This document shows positions 19,201 through 27,400 of a stretch of DNA of 64,000 nucleotides, one piece after another. The notes under the pieces are model-generated. The model saw only the letters and a program-made list of their open reading frames with translations, did not search any database and was not told the DNA's origin. Both the position numbers and the translations under genes were made by a program. Every line of letters starts with the position of its first letter. The stretch's first letter is position 1. Source of the stretch: Actinomycetes bacterium (GTDB lineage Bacteria > Auribacterota > JAJCYG01); contig JAJCYG010000002.1 of the NCBI GenBank assembly GCA_029263055.1, forward strand, positions 21,362 through 85,361. The letters are read 5' to 3'.

Positions 19201-21360
19201 GAATCTGTCTTAGAGCAACATTCTGAAGTCGAAGCCTCAATTGTGGTTGGACTTGATGATCCCAAAAAAGGAGAAGTCCCTGTTGCTTATGTTCAATTAA
19301 AGAAAGCAGATAGCTTAGACGAAGAAGTTGTGCGTCAATATGTGGCTAAAAAGTTAGCTGGTTATAAAGTCCCTAAAAATGTGGTCTTTGTTTCAGAGCT
19401 GCCATGGAAAGTAGCAGGAGCGAAAAAAGATCGAGCAAAAATGCGCGCTGTTCTTAAAGAAACAAGCAACTTTGCTGGTGCTCAAGAAGCTGTTCCAGTA
19501 GCTGCAATCGCTCAACCTAAACAAACAATCGAAGAGCTGACAAAAGGGGCTGATGTGAGCTTAGTGGTTGTAACAGGTTTGGTCGATCAAGTTTCTGTTT
19601 ACTTGGCTAATAAATTTAGTGTGGATGGAAGAATTAAAAATGATTTAATTGATGGCGATCAAAAAGCGGCTGAAGAATATGCGCTTATGATTTCTTATTT
19701 AGAGACAGCTATGACTATGTTCTCATTTTTAAACACACGAACAGATTTGACAGAGATAGACAAGCAATTGTCAATCGGTTATTTGGGAGAAGCTTTAAAC
19801 CGTATTCGCCAACTTCTTTTAGATAAGCCTGAAGCCTATGGTTTGAATGCTAAAGAGGTGTGGGAAGCATTTAATAGTAAGCCTGTTGGAAGATTTTTTG
19901 CCGGAGTCAACAGCCATGAATGGTTAGAAGAGGTGGGAGAAGCCTTGCTAAAAAGCAATATCGTTCCAAGTTATCTTTTAGATCCAGAAAATGAAGAAGG
20001 AGAAGCTATAGCAGCAGCTCTATCTGAATTTGCTGATGACAAAATTCGTCCTAACGCTGAGCGTATTCACCGTACTGATGAGTTGGTTTCAGAAGATATT
20101 ATTGGTGGATTGGGTGAGATGGGGGCTTTTGGAATGTCTATACCTGAAGCGTATGGTGGTTTTCAAGAGAACCATGACAACATAGGTATGATTTTAGCCA
20201 CAATTGAACTTTCTGATGCTTCATTAGGTGCGGCTGGTAGTTTAATCACACGTCCAGAAATTACCTCAAAAGTAATCTTACGCGGTGGAACTGAAGAGCA
20301 AAAAGAAACATTGCTCCCAGGAATTGCTGCCGGAGAAAAAATGGTGACTGTTCTCTTTACGGAACCGAACTACGGTTCTGATTTAGCCAATATTAAGATG
20401 ACCGCTGAGTTGGATGAAGAGACGAATGAATGGGTGCTTAATGGAACAAAAATGTGGGGAACTTTTGCCGGTCGTGCTGATTATGGATTGGTATTGGTTC
20501 GAACTAAAAAAGATGAGAGTGGTCAGCTCATCAAAGGGCATGCAGGTCTTTCAACGATTCTCTTTGACAAACCAGCTGTGCGTGATGAATGGACTGACGA
20601 AGAACTTCCTGAAGGTGTGAGAAAAGATGGGGAGTCATATAAGTTTACTCAAGAAACAGGTGGAGAATTGGCTTGGAAACAAGACCATACTACCGGTTAC
20701 CGTGGAATGCATTCCTACACGCTCTTCTTTGATGACTTCCGTGTTCCTGCTGATCGTTTGATTGGTGAAGAAGGGCAAGGATTTTTCTTAGTGGCGAAAG
20801 AAGGTTTGGCAGGGGGCCGTGTTCAAACTGCAGCCCGTTCCATTGGTTTGATGCGAGCAGCTTATCGTGAAGCAGTTAACTTTGCCAATGAGCGCAAACT
20901 TTTTCCAACAAAGGCAAATCCAGGCCGTGTTGAAGCTGACTTTGGTTTGACTAAAGTCTCTGTGGCTAAAATGGCCATGCTGATTCATGGGGCGCAGCAA
21001 TATACGTTTCGGGCAGCAAAGTTAGTGACTGAAGGAGATATTGCTCGTGATCAAGGAGATAAACGAGGCGCAAATAAAGGGCGAACCGAAGCTTCTTTAG
21101 CTAAGTTGGTTTTCTCTCGTTTTGCTAATGAAGTGACTCGAAAAGCGCAGCAGTTACATGGGGGACTTGGTGTGGCTGAAGAATATCCTGTGGCCCGTTA
21201 TGCTGTAGATGCTCAAGTGTTAACTATTTTTGAAGGAGCTGAAGAGATTCTTGCCTTACGTATTGTGGCACCTACCTTTCTCAGAGCTCGTTTAAAAACA
21301 TTGCTACGTGAGCTTGAAGCACGTAAGCAAGCAGAACAAGAAGTAGCCGTTGCCATATAA
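13204..21360 (+). CDS. Leader-tagged megaenzyme: CitE/malyl-CoA-lyase-like + unassigned region + double MaoC hot-dog + AMP-forming acyl-CoA ligase + acyl-CoA dehydrogenase
   Basis: About 2718 aa. ATG 13204 lies 7 nt after AGGAGG (the track starts at GTG 13201). The CitE/HpcH-like domain lies around nt 13830-14640 ([42 protein letters not shown]). The hot-dogs lie around 16700-17620 ([15 protein letters not shown]...IAHGMLTSS). The adenylate-forming domain lies around 17880-19440 ([48 protein letters not shown]). The ACAD domain lies around 19990-21300 ([19 protein letters not shown]). C-terminus ...EVAVAI. Confidence 0.8.
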   Translation: [2718 protein letters not shown]

Positions 21361-21370
21361 GATTTAAATT

Positions 21371-21452
21371 CGCTTTGCTCACATATTCTCGCAAAGGCTT
21401 GGAGGGGGAAAGAGTTGTTTTATTTCCTTTGTCTTTGCGAGAAGAGCAAGGC
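21371..21452 (+). promoter_or_regulatory. Imperfect extended hairpin between the two largest ORFs
   Basis: TTCTCGCAAAGG (21386-21397) pairs with TCTTTGCGAGAA (21432-21443), with partial outer pairing CGCTTTGCTC/GAGCAAGGC. It sits in the 112-nt gap just upstream of the AGGAG RBS of 21473. Confidence 0.3.
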
Positions 21453-21472
21453 TTAACCTTAGGAGTAAAGTT

Positions 21473-24400
21473 ATGCGTTGTATTCGATCTCTGTTTTCAT
21501 TCCTGTTAGTACTCACTTTAATCAATCCCATCCCGATAAAAACAGAAACAAAAGAACTTAGTTTTCTTGCTCCTAAGTCAATTAACTTAGTTGGGGTCGC
21601 CTACGCTTCTTTTAAACAGTTGGTTCAACAAAAACTTTCTCCAGATCAAATCCTTGCTGAATTAGAAGATCGATTTAAAAACTATCCTGAGTATGAAGCT
21701 TTAGTGCCGGTATTAAAGTATTGGGTTGTGGAGCAACGGGGTTTTGCACTTCCTTCTGACTTAGATGGTCTTGTTTATGACGAAGAGGAATATACCAGAA
21801 GATTAGGAGAACCAGGTTTATACCCTTTTTCTCGTTCAAGAAATGCAGAAGGTTTAAGAAGAGGGCTTCAAGTTAGAAAGTATTGGAGTGTGGCCACACC
21901 TGAAGGAACAAATGAAATTTTTCATGAAGTGATTGCTAAAAAGGGATCACCTAGTATGGCATTTGATATTCCGACCCAAATTGGGTTGGATCCAGATGAA
22001 GGGGATCCTTCTGATGTGGGGAATGCCGGAGTTTCGATGTTTCGTTTGAAAGATTATGAAGATGCTTTTGATGGGATTGATCAAACAGCAGTAAACAGTA
22101 ATTTCACCATTAATGGAACGGCGATGTATGTGGTGGCTGCATATGAAGCATTAGCGCGTAAGCGGGCTAAAGAGATGTCTCTTGACGATCTAAGAGCCAA
22201 AGCAAAAAAAATATTACAAGCAGAAGCTAGACGACATAAAAAAAGGAAACGGACTAAACAAGAAGAAGCCGCATTAGCTAGAGCCGCTACATTTGATTCA
22301 ATGGAAGAAAGTGAATTGCGCAAAGAAGCTTTAGTTGTGATGAAAAGTGCGATCCGTGGAACGATTCAAAACGATGTTTATAAAGAGTATGTGGCTCGAA
22401 ATAACTTTGTTTTTCCTTTAAGAGGAACAAATCGTCTCTTTGCTGATTTTATGGAACATGCCCAAAAAGAACTTCCTGTGTTTCGTTTGGTGAGTGTGTG
22501 TGGTTACCATATGCGCGAAAAAGAGAGCACGCCTGCCCAAGAAGTGGCTTATGCGATTAATGATGCGTTGCAATATATTGCTATTACCATGGAGCAAAAG
22601 AAAGATTTAGATCCAAATGAGTTTGTTTCTCTATTTTCTTTTTTCTTTAATACAAAACTCGCTGGTTTTTTAGAAGGAGAAGATGAAAAAAAGACAAACC
22701 TTACCTTATTAACAGAATCTGCAAAAGTTCGAGCAGGGCGTCGCATTTGGGCAAAGCTAATGAAAGAGGGGCTTGGTTTAACAGAGAGTAAAGCACTTAA
22801 TTTTGCTGTGATGAATTACTCGGGTGGAACCGAAGCAACTAAATCTAAAATGGAATTAACAACAGGGCGTTTGGCTCTACAAAGTCTGGCTTCTTTATTG
22901 GGTACTCCTCAGGGAACCAATAGTTATTCTGCGGATGAAGCCATTGATATTCCTGTTCCATTTTACGGAAGAATGTCTCTTTTAACTGACTACATCACTA
23001 TTTTGGAACGTGGGATCACCGATCAAGTTGATCCTGCAGGTGGTTCTTATTATTTTGAATCATTAACAGATCAAATCGAAGCGGAAATTTGGACGATCTT
23101 AAAATCATTTGCTCAAAAGAAAGATTTTCGTGAAGTGCTCACACAGATGCGCAATGATACGAATCGCATTTCCCAAGAAATGGAAAATGCGTTTCAAGCT
23201 CCTTCTACAGATCCAAAGCACTTACCTAAAGTGGGACGTAATGTTTCTACTGAAGGAAAAGATCTTTATCCAACCCAAGAAGCTATTGATCTGCCTGCTT
23301 CTGAAGCCATTAAAGAGGAAGAAAGAACAGCAGCAAAAGAAGAAAAATATAAGCCGCCAAGATTAAGTGATGAAGAAAGAAGACGGGTAGCACAACTTCC
23401 AGAGTCAATCAGAGATCGAATTTATGGCATCAATGAAACGTTAAGGCAGTCTGGCTTAAAACCAGATATTCGAAGGCGTTTAGTTGATTTAAGAACTCAT
23501 TTGATGACGCGTGATAATGAAATCGTTTTTGGTTACATTGAACGATTAAAAGTTGCTGCTCAATCAGGTGAAACTAATTTAATGGATTTGACTGTTGAAG
23601 CAATCGAAGCAGGGTTAACCGTTGGAGAATGGAAAAAAGCATTAACAGAAATATTTGGAGAGTCAGCTACTGGCTTTGATCGCGTTACTTCTGTGGGAGC
23701 AGGTCCTTGGCAACCTCAAAATCCAGATGATTTATCAAGAGATCAATCTGTTCCTGTCTACTCTGAAACAATTAAAGAATTTATTTTGGCTCAGGATGGG
23801 GTTGAGTCTTCTTTAAAAGAAGGCCTTGAAAAAAACTTTTTTGATGAAACTAATTCTGATTTGGTTCAAGCAGATGCTTTAGAGGCTCCGGGGCAGTATC
23901 CTTATACAAGAGGAACATCTGATTCTGAATACAAATTAAATGCAGTTGTTTCCAGACAGTGGACATCTACAGTTCAAGATCCTTTGACGAGTACCTTATT
24001 AAGTCGCCCTACTTCTCAATCTGAAAAAGATATTATTGATGCGATACTAACTGGAAAAAAATTAGAGATTAATCTTGATGGTTGGGCTTTAGCTGAAGAG
24101 GGGGCTGATGCAAAGTGGGAAATGGCCCTTTTAATTCGTAATGCCCATTCTTTAATTGAAACCATTGTTAGTGAGCTCAAAGAGAAAAGCAATATAGATA
24201 TTCAGCCTGAAACCCTTTTAGAATCGATTTCTGTGACCGTTAGTATTGGAGATGATGCGTTGACCGAAGTTGCTAAAATCCGCGCATTGCGTCAGCTTTG
24301 GGCTCAATGGTTTAGCGAAGCTTATGGACTTTCCCAAGAACACAAAGGTCTTAAACTAAAAATCAATGCTCGAACAGCAGCTTATGTTCTTTCTAAAGAA

Positions 24401-27400
24401 CAGAGTTGGGTGAATGAAGCACGTATTGCCCAGCAAGTGATGTTAGCGGCTTGGGGTGGTGTGGATTCAGTAGAAGCGCTCCCTTTTGACTATTTATTTC
24501 GTGATGAAACATTTGATACAAATTGGTCTGATTGGGCCGATCGTATGGCTTGGGATACTGTTAAAGTGGTTGCTCTTGAAGCAGGGGGAAATGGGTTGAG
24601 AGATCCATTAGGTGGTTCGTTTTCATTAGAATCTAAAACAAAAGCAGTTGCGGCACAAACAAGAGCGCTTTTAGATGAACTTAGTTCTTATTCTTCGCAA
24701 TCAGAATTTTTGAATCATACTCGAAAAGCATTGGCACGACAAAAACGTGGAAGAGATTCACAAAAACGGGTTGGAGATATTTTGGATGATCCTCGCTACC
24801 CTGATGTGACAGAAGAAGAGCAGTATTATCCTGAGAAGAAAAAACGTTTTAATCGAACACGAGTGACTGATGAAATTGTGCCAGCTATTTCAACGCGTGA
24901 ATGGGTGCAGCCTAAACAAGAACCTGTCCACGTCTTTTCTTTTCTGGAAGGAGAGACTCCTGCCTGGCAAACCGATTTGATTCGTGAAACCTTAAAAGAG
25001 AAAGGTTTTTCTTTTAACGATGAAGATGTGAACCGTTGGGTTGATGCTGTCAAGGAAAGTGTTAAATACGAATTAGGAGTGGGTGAAGAGCGTACACTCT
25101 TTGGCCAAGGTGGAAAAAGAAGATTGATTGGAAACTTTCGTATTGCTTTAGGAAAGGTCGGAGGAGATGGTCATGACCGTGGATTAAACCAAGTTGCTGT
25201 CTGGTTATCTGATGCAGGGGCTACAGTCGATTATTTAGGATTAAGAGTTGATGTTGAGAATGTGGGGAGATCAGCTATTGATAATGATGTTCGGATTGTT
25301 GCTATCAGTTCGGCAACTGCTCTAAGCTATGTGCAACAACTTTGGGATTATTGGGATAATTTTGACGGAAAAGGTGTGCCTCGTTATCCTATTGTTGTGG
25401 GTGGAGCCATTCCACCTAAAGAAGCAGCTAAGCTAAGAGCATTAGGTGTGCCTGTTTTTGGTCCTGAAAGTTCACAAGCAGATATTGTGATGGGTATGCA
25501 ACGCCTCCTTTTTCGCAGTACATTCATGTCTATTTTAAACAGTGTGGCTACTCTGGATAATCGTCCTACTGTACAGACAAAAGTTGAGCCGACATTTCAT
25601 TCTTCTTTTCAACCCTTGGCTGATCATGAATATCTTTATTGGACTCCTTCTTTATTAAATGAAATTAGCGCCTACTATTTTTCAGATGTGGGACAAAACG
25701 AAGAACGATTAAAGAAGATTCAAGAGTTAGCTTTTCGTGGTGGAATCACTTTTCAAGATAAAAAAGATCTCTTTGGTGGCTTTCAACTGGTTTGGCCAAA
25801 TGGATACCACGTTCTGTTTAGTTACAGCGATACAGGAACCTATCATCCTGCAATGTTGGGGTACTTGGGGGATCTGAATGATCATCTTTCATTAGAACAG
25901 ATTGATGAAAATCCTGCCAATGTATTGGGTTTGGTTGTTGCTCGAGATATTTCTTTAATTAAAGAACAAATGAAGCAGTTTTTCTTTAACAATCCAGAAC
26001 GTTTTTTTGCAGAACCTTTGATCGCTGAATTGCCAAAGCGTTTTATAGAAATTAAAACACGTTATTTTGCCCTTTTAAAAGAAGTCACAGCAGCGTTTCA
26101 AAATGCAATAGCTCCTTTTAATAAACAGCCCTTAGTTTATCCCGCTGCTTTAGAACGTGCGACCCAGAAAATTCTAGAGAAACCTGATTTTGTAGATGAG
26201 CGTCTTTCCTTATTTGAAGAAGCTTTTCAAATGTTAGATGAGCGTTATATGAATTTAAGAGTGCGCGACCGCTGGGATATTGGAAGAACTAAATTACCAG
26301 AAACACGCATTTCTCCACGCCAAATGATTTTAAAGAGTGGATTGTTTGATACTGAAAAAATGGTCGAACTTGCTGATAGTAAGAAAGGCCCTGTTAAGCG
26401 TGTTGACACAACAGTATTAGATGTGTTTTTAAAGCGACATAAAATTCCTGCTTCTCCAAAAGATATTTCTGATTCACTTGATTCTAAAGATCCAACAAAA
26501 GAAAAAGAAAATATAAAACGTCGTACCATTATGCAGCAAAGAGAAGCTGCTCGTCTTTTTATTGCTTATGGTTTAAATGATGATCAAAAAGTGATTGATT
26601 CAATTAAATCCATTTTAGGACTTGGCAGAAGAGAGGATTTGATTGGTGGTACAGAAAAGAAATTTAAATTAAAAACTAAAGCAGAAACCATTCAAGTGTT
26701 AGTTGCTTTATTTGAAGCAAATAATTTTGATGATGAAACAATCTTTACTGCTTTGACTCGTTTCAAAGGAAGTGAAGGGGATCGAGATGACTCTGTCTTA
26801 GTGGTTGCCTTTGAAAAAGGGTTTGAAAAAGAGATCCGTGCCAAAACAAATGGTTCGGGTTATGTGCGGCCCCGTGGAATGTGGAAAATGATTCGTTCGA
26901 TTCGTTTGGCAGAGATGTTGCGGGTACCCATTTTGTTTTTAAATGATGCCACAGGAGCATGGGTGGGTGTTGAGGCTGATCTGGATGATCAAGGCCAAGC
27001 TATTTCACGTTTAACTTCTGTGAACTTGAGTAAGAATGTGCCCGGTGTTTCAGTTATAACGGGTGAAGCAGGCTCTGCACCTATTTTAGCCACATCTGTT
27101 GATCCTATTTGGATGCTACAATATGCCTTTCGAAATACAAGTAATCCACTCAGTGCTTTTATTTTTGAAAATATTAAAGATCGCGTTGTGGCTTACTTTT
27201 TTGGTGGAAAAATCGATGGAGAAAAAATTAATCCATTGTCATTAGAAGATCTTCCTAACGTAAAAGAAAAAGACCTTGATCTGTTACGTAGAAAAGCACT
27301 TTCAGATATAACTGAGCTTTTAAAGTTAAAACTAAATAAAAAACTAAAAACAGAGGGACAAGCATTAGGAGAAGAAGCTTTTGATGCTGAAATAAAGAGA

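Noticed and set aside
18710-19240. 176-aa minus-strand ORF, and similar track ORFs inside the giant genes (for example 14270-14638, 42525-42899, 10490-10759, 26245-26529, 30638-30919)
   Set aside because: They lie antisense or out of frame within long ORFs that have strong domain homology. They have biased, low-complexity compositions and no RBS, so they are shadow ORFs.
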